NCBI RefSeq assembly: GCF_006345805.1
Contig: NW_021835355.1
Span: 1 to 43,969 of the forward strand
Source of the DNA: Octopus sinensis
Lineage: Eukaryota
Length of the DNA: 43,969 nucleotides
Direction of reading: 5' to 3'
The position numbers and the translations under genes are program-made. Positions within the stretch are counted from its first letter, which is position 1. Each line of letters opens with the position of its first letter. Positions 24,082-36,167 of the stretch are shown piece by piece. Under the pieces are notes generated by a model that saw only the letters and a program-made list of their open reading frames with translations, ran no database searches and was not told the DNA's origin.

Positions 24082-24906
24082 TTAATCATTCCTTGTATTT
24101 AATTTCTTATTATCACTTCTTTTAATTAATGATTGTTTCACAATAATATTTTCTTGTTTTCTTATGTAATCTATAACAGTTTCAAAAGCTTAATGTGGTA
24201 CCTGTAATTAACGTTTCTGTCCTGGGAGGGAAGAAAAATGATTTCAATTCACTGTTATTTTACAAAATTGCTCTTAATAATAATTTGTCGGACGATAAAT
24301 GTCTTTGCTGTTATTTCACCTATTTAACTATTGCATAATCTAAATAAATCTAAAAAAAATCTAAATAAATTATTTTAGAAATAGAGAAACCTCATAATAA
24401 AAAGATTAACGAAGAACAATCAAATAGTTAATTACTATAAAATAAAAAAAAAAAAAAAAAAAGATAAACGTTATTAATCAAAAAAGAAACACATATTCAC
24501 TGTCATTAAGGGAGAGCGGCATCGCAGTAGCGTTCCCTTGAGAACCTGTTTAAGTAACACTTTCAACAAGGTCTAAACAAACAAGCATTAACGATTTTAC
24601 GGAAATCAAAACAACAATTAAAAAAAATTAAAATTCTATTTATTAGTTGTTACTTTCTGCTCGGCGAGGAAAACATATTTGAGCATTTTACGATAAAAAA
24701 GTCACAGTGTTTAATCATTTTTTCATTCATCTATCCACTAATGATATTTTTCAAATCGAATTCACTGTTGGCTTTTACAAAAATAGCAAGAAGCTTCCAT
24801 ACAGAGATTATAGTCTATATATATTTCATGAAAAAAAAGTACTATGGCAAATATTCAAGATTAAAATTCGGGATGACTTCAGTTAATCTTTTATAGAGAT
24901 ATATGT

Positions 24907-25446
24907 CAGTGATGGCCAATCAGTCAATCGCGGTTCATTTCTTGGTCGAAAATTTTACCCATTTTTCTAACATTGAAGATTAAAACCCTCCGATAAAAAT
25001 TCTTATTTAAATGTATTATCAATAATACTAGAAAATATACTAAACGAGTTTAAGCATAGATTTCAAGATTCCAAGAAAATTACAATATTATGCAGTTTCT
25101 TTGCTTTCCCCTTATTGAAAAAGACATCGAAAATGTTTCGAAAAAATTTGTGACGTTCAACTAATAAAAATTGAAATAAAAATTATAAATCTAAAAATGA
25201 CTTCATTTTAAAATCATATTTGAATTTCAACAGGTGGAGATTTATGTCTCGAGGAAAATGCCCAATTTTGATTGATTTGTATCAAAAAATTCTTTCTTGC
25301 ATTGGAAGCACATATTTATCCGAAACATCATTTTCAAACATGAAAATGATAAAATCTCGATACAGGATCCGTTTAACGGATGAATATGAACGCCAAAAAA
25401 TTGCAATTTGAAAAGTAGCTCTCCGTGAAAAGGCTTGCCACCTCTA
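24907..25446 (+). mobile_element. Short hAT deletion derivative
   Basis: Left TIR cagtgatggccaa, right end aaaggcttgccacctcta. Degenerate TSD ATATATGT/GTGTATGC. Dimerisation remnant IGSTYLSETSFSNMKMIKSRYRIRLTDE. Confidence 0.7.
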
Positions 25447-25649
25447 GTGTATGCGAACATTATTCATTATAAATAATGGATTCTGAATATCATCATTTTT
25501 GTTGCACTTATCTTTAAATTTGATCAAAATTTTTTAACAGTTTGACCATTTAAAGAAAAATTGAAAATTCCATGGAAAATCTGCCAAACCAAAAATTTAT
25601 TGCTTGTGTAAATTATTCAATTTGAAAGAATAATCTCCAACACAAAGTT

Positions 25650-25810
25650 TGCTTTCAATATCATCGGATTTAATTCATTGACAAAATATTTGGCTTATTA
25701 TGGATAAAGCATAATTAGATAGTCACTTATTTCTTTTTTAGATTTTCCATTGATTGAATGTTCAACTATCAATTTTCTGGTTGAAAGGGATATTTTATTT
25801 TTTTCTGTCA
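25650..25810 (-). mobile_element. Tc1 transposase N-terminal HTH remnant
   Basis: KISLSTRKLIVEHSINGKSKKEISDYL resembles the first Tc1 HTH. No TIRs identified. Confidence 0.4.
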
Positions 25811-27021
25811 ATATATAGCTCTTACTCTAACTAAGAATTTTCCGATAAACGTTAATGCGTTCTTATATGGAGTTTAAAATTTAATGTTTAGAGCTTTGAC
25901 ATTATTGCTTGAAAAGTGAACACAAATGCTTGATGCATTAACACTAATGTTTGCGTTTTCGAGGTTAAAGCTCAGAAAACCTTATATATCAACAGTCACG
26001 ACATTTTAAAAGTTGTTTCAAAGTTTTTCCTGAATTACATTGAATCAACTATCTAATAAATATATAAAAGAAATAAAAAAGATTTTCTTTATAATATAGT
26101 GTCGCTGGTATGATGATTGAACCTAAACATGAAATTAATCTGTCTAAATTATTATTTTGATTCATTTTATATCTTAAGCCATTTGTAAAAAAAATCACAA
26201 AATACAATATAGCTAGTTTATAAAATCTCAATAATGTATAAATCATAACCTAAACATAACTAAGAATAAAATCTTTAGATCACCGGTCTCACATAAAAAT
26301 ATAATTTTTTCCAAACGGCTTGAACACCAGTTGACTGTCATTGCAACAAAAATGTAAAAGATTCCTTTCCATTTATCTATAAAGAAATATTTTTATAAAC
26401 GACTATTTCGACTTTTTTGATTGTATGACACGAGTAAAAATTAAAATATTGAATAACATGAGAGTAAATACAGATTTCTGAAAAAATATTATTTATGATA
26501 TAAAAGCACCTGGATTCCAAAAAACTTAGTTGTGATCATCTAAAAGCGAGAAGACTTTAATTTTAATAATTTGGCATTGATAGATTTCTCTATTCGACAT
26601 TGATGAATTACTATTAGTACATAGTTTTTTGCGCAAATTCACTTCATTAAAAAGTTCAGCTACAAAAATAATTGCTAAATTAATACCATTTACAAAGTTA
26701 TACTTAGGATTCACAAAGTTGGTAATGTTTCAAAGGTTTACTTATAAATTTATATTAGGAAGTTTAAATGCATAGTGAATCAAATCAATTTTGTTTTTAT
26801 AAGATTCTTCCATCTTGAAGCTTTCATTTTTTGATGTTGAAGCGAATCTCGATTTCAGAAATCAGCAATTTAAAATGTTTTTTTGGAAATATGCTGTTTA
26901 AAATGGATATTATACAGATGGGGTTTAACTTTAAGCTTCTCTTTATAGGAACGTATCAAAAATTCATTTTTTTCACGTGCATGGTCCTTAACGTCTTCTT
27001 AAGAACGACCAACTAGATATA

Positions 27022-28487
27022 CAGCGATACAAATAAAAAACGGAACACTCATTTTCTCGATTTTTTTCTATTGAATGATTGATTTATTTTAATAAAAAAT
27101 CGAATTTCAAGCTATAATCTTAACTTTTGCCTTTTTATAAAATCCAAACGTCAAAGATTTTAATATGTATTTAAACCAAATTTTTTTCAAACAAAATAAA
27201 AAGAGAACAATGGTAGTTCAAAATTTAGTATGACCCCCCTGAGCATTAATTGCGTCTAAAATTCTGTTCCGCATTGTTCCAACAAGGGATGTCGCATATT
27301 CTATTGAAAGATCATTCCAAATATTTTTTAATTCCTCAAATAGGTCACTCTTTTTTTAAATTCAGTCCCTTTTATTTTATGTTTCATGAAGGCCCACACG
27401 TGCTCGATTGGATTCAAATCGGGACTTTGAGGAGGCCATTGTAATAACTCAATTCGGTGTTCATTAAAAAAATCTTTAGCCACCTTGCATGTGTGCTTTG
27501 GATCATTATCTTGCTGATAAATTGGAGACCGGATTCCGGTTTTCTCCAAAAAAGGCAACAAATAGTCCGCCAAGATACTTACATATAAGTTCCCATTCAT
27601 AATTCCCTTTATCCAAACAAGTTCCGAAAAACATTCCGATGTAAATGCGCCCCAAACCATTACGTTCCCTTTTCCAAACTTGACTGTTGTAGTAACATTT
27701 TCGCTTAAAAGCCTTTGTCCCCTTTTTCTCCACAAATTTTCTTCCATCGGGATTAAATAGATTGAATTTCGATTCATCACTAAGGATAACTCGATTCCAG
27801 AAACATTCGGCAACATGTTCCACTTAATGCACTGAGAAAGTCTAGTCTTTTTGTGTTTTTTCGACAGATATGGCCTTTTCGTAGGCTGAAACGTCGATAT
27901 GTTCAGTCTTTTCAAATAGTTCCTCACTGTCTGTGATGTGACAGCAGTTCCCGTTTCAGAACGTAAAATTTCCGAACATTTTACGAAATTGAAATCAACG
28001 TCAGTTTTTTGTTCACGTTGAATTATTCTGAGATCATCAGAGTTAAGTTCAAATCTTCGTCCTGAACCTTTTTTTCTCTGGAAGGAATCATTCATGGTGA
28101 AGTTTCGAATGACTCTCGAGATGGCACTCAAAGATCTTCCGGTCAAATTTCTTATTTCCCGATATGACTTTCCGACTTTATAATACGTAATAATTTCTGC
28201 TTTTTCTTGTAATGTAAGTTGTAAAACATGTAACAAGAATCAACACGTGTAATAAAATAAAAAATGGTTTAAAAAACTTTGTAAAAATAGAGAATTTTAT
28301 TTTGTTCTCTTTTTTATTTTGTTTGGACAAAACTGGATTTAATTACGGTCCGAATATAAGTTGTTTTTTTTTTTTAAAGGCTAAAGTTATGTTTGTCTTA
28401 TAAAAATTTTATTTTTGTTAAAAAATCAATCATTCAATAGAAAAAAATCGAGAAAATGAGTGTTCCGTTTTTTTATTTGTATCGCTG
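27022..28487 (-). mobile_element. Near full-length Tc1 (DD34E) element with long IR/DR-type TIRs
   Basis: About 190-bp TIRs starting cagcgatacaaataaaaaacggaacactc, TA flanks and an inner repeat of the terminal motif. Transposase has VWG, QQDNDPKH and WPPQSPDLNPIE (34-residue spacing). SDE lies in a shifted frame and the C-terminus is frameshifted. Confidence 0.93.
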
Positions 28488-28660
28488 TATGCTTTGGTTA
28501 TTTATTTTATGAGAGTCTAGGTCACTTTTGTAGTAATCTATGACAATTCCGTCTCATGTTAGCACAACTGTGGTTTTTTGCGCGATAAACATGGTGAGTA
28601 AATTGCATTCCCATACATCCCCCACAAAGACGATCTTTTTCAAAAAATATGCTAATCCAA

Positions 28661-30637
28661 CATCCGTTTTAAACAGTCGATCATCAACACTGCGGCAGAA
28701 AAACATCTGTCCATCAAAAAATCTGACTCTAAATGCGATTGGCTATCAGAAGATACTATTAAAATTCCCCTCTGTCGTAGAGAAGCAAAGGCTACTGGCA
28801 TGAAAAAGGATGTCGTCTCTTTAAATGCCAAATTCCGTCATGCAATCAGGGAGGACAAACATGAGTACTGGCAATAGTGTTGCACTCAGTTGGAGAATGA
28901 CTTTAAGAAAGGTCATTTTAGGAATGCTTTTACACAAGTGAGAAAATCACATACTCCTTTTACTGCTCGGAAAGGAAAAGTCAACGACAGGGATGGCAGA
29001 GAGTTATTCAGCAGTCACAGCATCCGAAACAGATGGAGGGAGTTCGTGGAAGAACTTTATTCTCCTGAATACAAAACTTCAGCACCTCATCATGGATCGC
29101 TCATTATTTTTCCGAACCCCGAAGATGATATCCGAGAAAGTGATGTTACATGGGCCGTGAATGAATTGCCTTGCAACAAGGCGCCTGGGCCGGACGATAT
29201 TTCAAGCGAGATGCTTAAGGCCATTCCTTTATCAGCAATCACAACTCTTTGCAAGAATATTTGGAAAACTGGTATTTGGCCTTCTGATTGGAAGAAATCA
29301 ATATTTATTCTGTTGCCTAAAAAGGGCGACAGCAAAGTCTGCTCGAATTACCGCACAATTGCTCTCATATCTCATGTTAGCAAAATACTCCTGTCGATAA
29401 TAAAACAACGTCTATCTCCAATCTCAGAAAAGATTCTTTCAAATTATCAAGCTGGTTTTAGACGTGGTCGTGGTACGAGAGATCACATCTCCAGCCTTCG
29501 ATGGATTTTGGAAAAATCCCGTAAATCCCAGAAGCCTCTTTTCATGTGTTTTATTGACTATCGCAAGGCTTTTGATTGCGTATCTCACGTGAAACTTTGG
29601 TCAGTCCTGGAAGAATTTGGAATTCCTCATCATCTCATATCGTTAATAAAATCTCTTTATACTGACCAAGAGGGTTTTGTGCGGACTCCGTATGGAGACA
29701 TAGACTGTTTCGGTATTGGGAGGGGCGTCCGACAAGGCTGTATTCTATCCCCGCTACTGTTTAATATTTACACGGAGAAAGTCATGGAGGTGTTAAATTG
29801 CGAAAATGATATCGGAGTCAAAATTGGTGGCCTCAACATAAATAATCTCCGTTATGCAGATGATACTACTTTGCTGTCTGAAACAGAGGATGGCTTGAGG
29901 CAATTAATTACGAGAGTCAAAGACAACAGTGCCTCTTTTGGCCTATTCCTAAATGTGAAAAAAACCAAAATAATGACAACTTCACTGTCTGGAAAAATTA
30001 GTGTCATCGTCGGCGACGAAGAAATAGAATGTGTTGAAAGTTATATCTTTCTTGGAAGTCTGATAACCAGAGATGGTGGCTGTGTCTCAGAAATTAATAG
30101 ACGGATGGCTACGTGCAAGAGTACGATGATAAAACTGAATCGGGTCTGGAGTAGCAAGGATGTTTCTCTCAAGACAAAGATAGGACTAGTCAACGCGATT
30201 GTGTTTCCCGTTTTTCTCTATGGCTGTGAATCTTGGACACTGTCAAAAGCTCACAGCAAAAGAGTGGACTCACTGGAATTATGGTGCTGGCGCAAACTTT
30301 TGAACACAAATTGGTACGACAAAGTGTCAAATGTCGTTGTTTTCGAAAGGATTAAACTTACACTGTCGCTTGTGGCGAAAGTTTGGAAGCAACAATTATC
30401 ATATTTGGGGCACGTGCTTCGGGAGTATGGTATAGGAAAAGAAATCCTGCTGTCTTCGTTCGCTGGAAAAAGGAAGCAGGGTAGACCGAAACTAAACTGG
30501 ACATCTGAAGTAGTGAAACTTACCGGACATCATTTGTCGGAAATAGCAGAGCTGGTGGGGGATAGAGTTTCGTGGAGGGACCTGTCTTACAGAATCGCCA
30601 ATGGTCGGAATCGGCTGAATATGGCTTAACTTAACTT
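28661..30637 (+). mobile_element. 5'-truncated RTE (BovB-like) LINE with an intact RT ORF
   Basis: ORF 28890-30629 (579 aa; KAPGPDDI, QAGFRRGRGTRDH, RQGCILSP, YADD, VFPVFLYGCESWTL, ELWCWRKLL). (TTAAC)n tail. TSD TATGCTAATC(C/T)AA at 28648-28660 and 30638-30650. Confidence 0.92.
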
Positions 30638-30921
30638 TATGCTAATCTAATTTTCCATCGATTAACTTTCAAGATTTAAGAGATCGTCACCCTCCCTCAG
30701 AGATTTTTTGATAAGCGGAGATTTTAGGAAGATTGATACGTGGACGACTACAAAACCTACTTCCGATGTCATGAAATAGTTGTACATCAATAAATAATTG
30801 CATTATAGATTTCACTTTTTTTGTTAAAATTCTTATATAATATTATTCTGTTTAACAAACACATTAGAAAATTATAGAATTTTGTAATAATAATGTGGTT
30901 TATTTCTTTCTTGCAGTTTTG

Positions 30922-32373
30922 ATGGCTTTAAAACCAGGAGACACCGTAAAAATAATATCGCCATTTGTACATGTTTTGAATATAAATTGTTTGTCTATAC
31001 GTTGTTCATGGTGCTTTTCGATAAACGAGTTTTTACATTATATTAAAATAATAGAAAATTAAAAAGATGCACAGGATGTAATGCCGTTAGATTTTGCAAT
31101 ATAGAATGCCAGGTTAAAAGTTGCTGATTTAATTAAATTAGAGAAAAGCCTGGACTGTGCACAAATACGAATGTCCAAGACTTAAACTAGGATATGTTCC
31201 TCTTGATATAATTAGATTGTATTTTCATCTCATTGTGAAGGTTGAAACTTTTGACTTATTATAGTTACATTTATGCCTTTTTCACATTCCCGACAAAATA
31301 ACAGGAAAAAGCTTTGAAGATATGCATATGGGTATCGACTCTAATGCACAATTTAAGATTGTGATGAAAAACTAATGAAAAAATTGCTCCCAATTTTTAT
31401 TGAGGCTTACAAATATTGCCACATGTATGTTGAATTGCCCCCATCCGCATTTGGTTTTGAAATATTCACAAAAATGCAAGCCTCCGCAGTATACATTAAA
31501 CATGAAAGTGGAACAATTATTGGAGTCGGGGTTTATTTATAGTATTGTTATCACGTCACAATTTAGCCAATTTGAACAATCCTGTGTCCCGAATTCTATA
31601 TATCGGTACAGTGGAATCAATCTAGTTTTGGCCGCTGTCAAATTTATTTCAATTTCCGAAGTTTTAATTTCAGAATTCATTTATTTAGGAAATTACTGTT
31701 TGTCATATTGATCAGTGTAGGAATAGAGCTGCTAGACAAAAGGCTCTTTTGGATTTCGGTATTATTTGTAAGTGTCCACGGTGTTTGGATGATTCTTTTG
31801 AGGCGCGTATAACATCCACAAACTGTGTTTTATGCTCCACAGGAAAAGTTGACGATTCTAACAAATGTGATAATTGTCTAAACATGGTTGACGATGATTA
31901 TGTCAAAAAACGAGCTCAAATGATATTGGAATTCACAGATTTGATTTATATTTTGTCTATTTTAATATTCGAATAATTTATTAGTGAGAATAACCGTGGT
32001 TCGATGAAAATGTTAAAAAAAATTAATTTCACTTTAAATAAATGGAAAAGACATATCCCAAAGACAAACATTTTATATATTCAATTAAACTATCTCAAGG
32101 CCATTATGATGTTGGGGTTACAAGAATATTCAAAATTCTTAGATTCTATTGAACCCATTTTCCCCGACCTTCAGTAATAAGAAATTTATTATTTGTAGAA
32201 TGATGTATGGGCTTTCGAATAGCACATCTTTTATTGGAAGCGAAATACTAAAATGCAAAATATTGTTAAAGAAGAAAGTTTCTCCTATATTTTATAATCA
32301 GGTTTTTCTCGACTTTAGGATCATGGAAATAGTTATTAGAAATGACCTCTATCACTTATGGAGAAGACAGTGA
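30922..32373 (+). CDS. SMYD-family SET and MYND domain protein (SMYD3-like), probably catalytically impaired
   Basis: Spliced MYND finger CSWC..CTGC..FCNIECQRKAWTVHKYEC, SET segment IGVGVY..EQSCVPN..EEITVCHID, post-SET CKCPRC. The start codon is tentative. Confidence 0.85.
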
Positions 32374-32559
32374 ATGTTATAAATTGATGATTAGCTATAA
32401 AAATTTGATTAATAACTAAAACTAACATCTTTATTATTGGTTTCTAATTAACAATAAACTAACAAATAAATAAAAATATTTTCTGGTTAAATTATTTTAA
32501 CTTGTTATTAAAATAATATTTATGAAATAAACTTTTGATTCCAATTATAACGATTTTGC

Positions 32560-34126
32560 ATGTTTGTTGTTGTGGTCATTATTGCCTTATTTAAAGTATC
32601 ACTAGAAAATGTAATTGTTCAATCATAACCACATAATATTAATAGTCTAAAAACAGTGTTGCCCTAATAAACAACGCTAATGAAAATAACAAAACAGAAA
32701 TAACCAGCGAAACATATTTAAAGAAATTTTCTGATTGGAAAGCTCATGACAATCCGTCAAATGTCACAAATAACCACCCAAATAGTAAAAAATATTAACT
32801 TATTAATACTCAGGCGGGACTAATGGGCATTTAAGTGGGTTTAAAGACGATATAATCAATAAAAACTACGCTTCACATTCTTGTGGGGCTAAAGTACTCG
32901 AAACGAACTCTGAGTGTCATAATTCACAGGCAATTCTATCAGATGATAAAGATTTTTATACAAATAATCCATGTGAGGCTAAAAAATGGTTTTTTAATAT
33001 ATTTAATTATTTTTTTAGGTTTGTGATCAAGCTGTGTGACTCCATCGATGTAACATCTGTCAAATTTGCGAATTTAGAACTATTTTCGTCACATCCAAAA
33101 TATATTAGGCTATCCACAACAAAAAAGTAATTTTATTAGATTATTTAAATTAGTTATCCACCTACTGACGGGTGGAGGACATTTGCAGAGTTATCAGTCC
33201 CTCCACCCGAATCTCCAAAGGCTAGTGAATGGCAATTTTTGATCGAAAGTGACCTTTTAATCCGATTTATCCGAATTGACTATGTCGAGCATGAAGGAAA
33301 GCATCATTTCTGCCCTCTGACTTATTTTCGGTTTGTTACAAAATTATATTTTAGGTTTTATGGACTGACAGAAGAGGAGTTGCTTTTTATGTACACAAAT
33401 AATCATGATTCCGTTACACCTCCTGTCCCAGAAATCACGGAAATTGATTCCCTTGATGGTTTTCTATCAAATTTGAAGTTCAGGATATTGTTTGGGTGGA
33501 ATAAATCTGTTAACTTGGAGTTTGTTTATGGAAGATCAAGTTTTTTGTCCAGTCGACGACTTTAAGCATTCTGCGAAAGATAAAAATGATTCGAAAGTGG
33601 GATTATCAGGCTTAGTGGACGAGGAAAAGAAACGAAATGAAAATTCCACGTCCACTTCCCAGCAAAAGGAAATGGCTTCCCTTTTGAAATTAAGCGGAAA
33701 TATTAAAGATTTACAAAAATCTGCAATTTTAAGCGAAAGGTATTTATAAATTATATTTTTAAGATATTTGGATGAAATGAGTCTATATTATAATCGGAAG
33801 ATATGTGAGTTGAATGCTAGACTGGATACTTTGGCTGACGAAAATACAATGACAATGAATAAAGTAGTTTTGTTAGTTTAAAATTGGATAAGGTTCGATT
33901 TTTGCACAATCATTTGTATTTGTTACAAAAAAGATTGTTTGAATTGGAGAGTAATGTCTCATACTATACAAGATTGACCGATGATTTGGAACGAAATGTA
34001 TATATTGATGATTATTTGTAGTCGCGGAAGCAAGATTGTGTTATTCTGCTTGTTGTCATATTTGTTGTGGCTGTTTGGGCATTTATTATTCTTTACAGAC
34101 ATGAAAGTATAATTTATTGGTTTTAA
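32560..34126 (+). CDS. SUCO: Mid-SUN domain protein SUCO/SLP1
   Basis: Signal-like N-terminus. SUN domain NYASHSCGAKVL..NPCEAKKWFVIKLCDSI..ANLELFSS..HFCPLTYFRFYG. Coiled coil IKDLQKSAILSERYLDEMSLYY and a C-terminal TM helix. Confidence 0.88.
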
Positions 34127-34339
34127 TGAGGCTAGAGAAGGTCATTTAGTACATTGGGATGAATGATGCTTTTGAATGCTTGTGAACTATTTATTTGTTT
34201 ATTTATTGAATAAACGACTTATTGATTTTTTGTTAAAATATTATAGAATAATCGAAATAGTGTTTTACGTTTTATGATCCGCAAAGCTAGGATCCCTTTA
34301 AAGATAATAATTTAATTTTTTGTAAAAAATTGACAAAGT

Positions 34340-34880
34340 GATAACAAAATAACTCAAAAGATAGTCAAGAGCCTAAGTGTCAGCTTAATGACTCTGCATG
34401 TAAGTGGCAGTTTTTGCGGACCTTAGCGACTGAAATTTGCTGAAAAAGTCAGCTACTCTCCTTCTGGTCGCTAGTTTTCGTCAAAATTTTCTCAGCCAAT
34501 GTCAGAAAGAAGTTGAATCGCACCCTTGTTGAGGATTCCAAAGATTTCGAAGGCAATGGAGATAAACTTTAGAGGGTCCAAAATGCAGCCCTATTTTGTC
34601 TTTTTGACCCCTTCAGTCTGAATACTAGCGGAACTCTGGTTGTTAACTATCTCTGGTATAAGCGTTGCAGAAAACAAGTCAACACATGTGGCTTCCGAAA
34701 TCAGGGATTTGCCTTCTCTAAAAAAAGTAGTCATCCCGTCGGAACGCTTTCCGTCACTCCGGCAGAGACCAACTGACTATGAGGGCGCAGTGGTGGAGTT
34801 CCTCCTGTATCTAAAGTTCTTTTGACGACTTCGTTAAGTCGAGTGTGACAAATAATTCTAGCAACATTTTTCTTTCACGA
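34340..34880 (-). mobile_element. Decayed CRE-clade non-LTR 3' region
   Basis: HTRLNEVVKRTL, DGKRSDGMT, EATCVD and FISIAFEIFG..GAIQLLSDIG in broken frames. Confidence 0.7.
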
Positions 34881-35649
34881 CAAGGCGTGCAATCCGTTCG
34901 ACAAAATTGATATCTTTTATTTGGCATAGAAGTCAAATAAGTGATGTTCTGGATTACCAGTCTTTAATAAATAAATCAATGTAAATTTTTAGTTGAACTA
35001 AGAATATGAATTTAGAACAATTTGATATCACGTTCTTGATGATTCGACTCTTGACTCCAAATTAATAACAACTGCATAGATGCTGAATCTTATTGATTCC
35101 TTAACAAGCCTCTTCATGAAGTAAAGATACAATAATCTCATGCCTGCTCATTTTTCTGAGAAATGACGTCGTCTTTTTCATTTACACACTGTTCAGGTAT
35201 AGTTTTTTGTTCTTATTTTTTACAAACCTTTTGCCAAACAGACTTACCTTTGGCGGAAGAGTTCAGCTCTCTATAACTTTTTTGCTGACCTGACTTTTTG
35301 TCCATTTCTTGTCGTTTTTCCGCTTACAGGAAAATTCTTATTATCAGTATCTCCACTAAATAATTATTAAATCACAACAAACATTTTTTTTAATTTTTGG
35401 AATATTTTTGAATGGAAATCTCATTATTTCGTCCACCAATGACGATTTTTCTCGGCTTGAAAATCCGCCGACATTAAAGAAATTTAAAAAAAAGGTAAAA
35501 ATAATTTAAAAAATGGAAGCAAGTCTAATTTTCATGTTCTGTGGATTCTTTTCGCCATTTATAGACTCCGTGAATTTAACCAACGAGGATTCTAAAGCAC
35601 ATTCATTCACGAACAATATTCATGTTTTGTCTCAGTGCCAGCAGGATTC

Positions 35650-36167
35650 TAAAGCACTCTTCACTGAATTGTGTTTTGACGTTCGCTTAGCGCCACTGGA
35701 TTTCCTTCAGTACTGGAACCAGTTGGGCAGACCGTGGAATCGGAAAGCGTCCTGACAGGTCTACTTTATTCCAGTTCAAAATGGGACTTTCCCTCCTATG
35801 GGATGTAACATATGTCGACTCGTTTTCGTCATCAGTGGTCATAGACTATGTTTTAGCCATAGATTTGCCTGTGCTATGGCTAAAACCAAAAGAAATCGCG
35901 AAGTATGCTCCCTTGGTCAAAACTTGTTGCTTCGTTCCCCGGGGTTTTGAAAACAGTGGGGTGATTGGCCAAAAAGCTCTTAAATTCTTCTCAGAGATTG
36001 GTTTAATCAAATCGAAGAGGAGTTAGAACAGTCGTGAAACGATGTAGATTTTCAACAAGAATCGGTCGAGATATTACTTGAGGACTTACAATGCCCTACA
36101 AAAGGGATTGGATTTGCCAAAAATCAAATTTTTTCGTCCAAGTTATTATTTATTTATTATTATTATC
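35650..36167 (+). mobile_element. CRE-clade non-LTR 3' end with a (TTA)n tail
   Basis: LSATGFPSVLEPVG, GKRPD, LLWDVTYVDSF and FVPRGFENSGVIG, followed by ttattattattat. Confidence 0.75.

Noticed and set aside
24443-24600. Poly(A) tract plus GC-rich hairpin at 24508-24539 as an ncRNA or retrocopy
   Set aside because: No TSD, Pol III boxes or snRNA motif. It could equally be a CRE 3' scrap (QGNATAM on minus). Unresolvable here.
24795-24815. U6-like ATACAGAG..ATTA
   Set aside because: The match is too short and the flanks do not resemble U6.
26040-26830. Minus-strand ORFs 26049-26246 and 26526-26714 as a gene
   Set aside because: AT-rich low-complexity translations. No consistent spliced model or family motif.
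28500-30780. Penelope-like remnant in the flanks of the BovB-like insertion (RSSPSLRDFLIS)
   Set aside because: A single short motif, with no RT or GIY-YIG support.
32600-32830. Minus-strand ATP8-like membrane ORF if TGA is read as Trp (possible NUMT)
   Set aside because: It is the antisense of SUCO exons 1-3, which splice cleanly on plus, and it also contains a TAA.
34880-35440. Minus-strand spliced gene starting MRFPFKNIPK
   Set aside because: One plausible intron, then stops in all frames and no recognisable domain.
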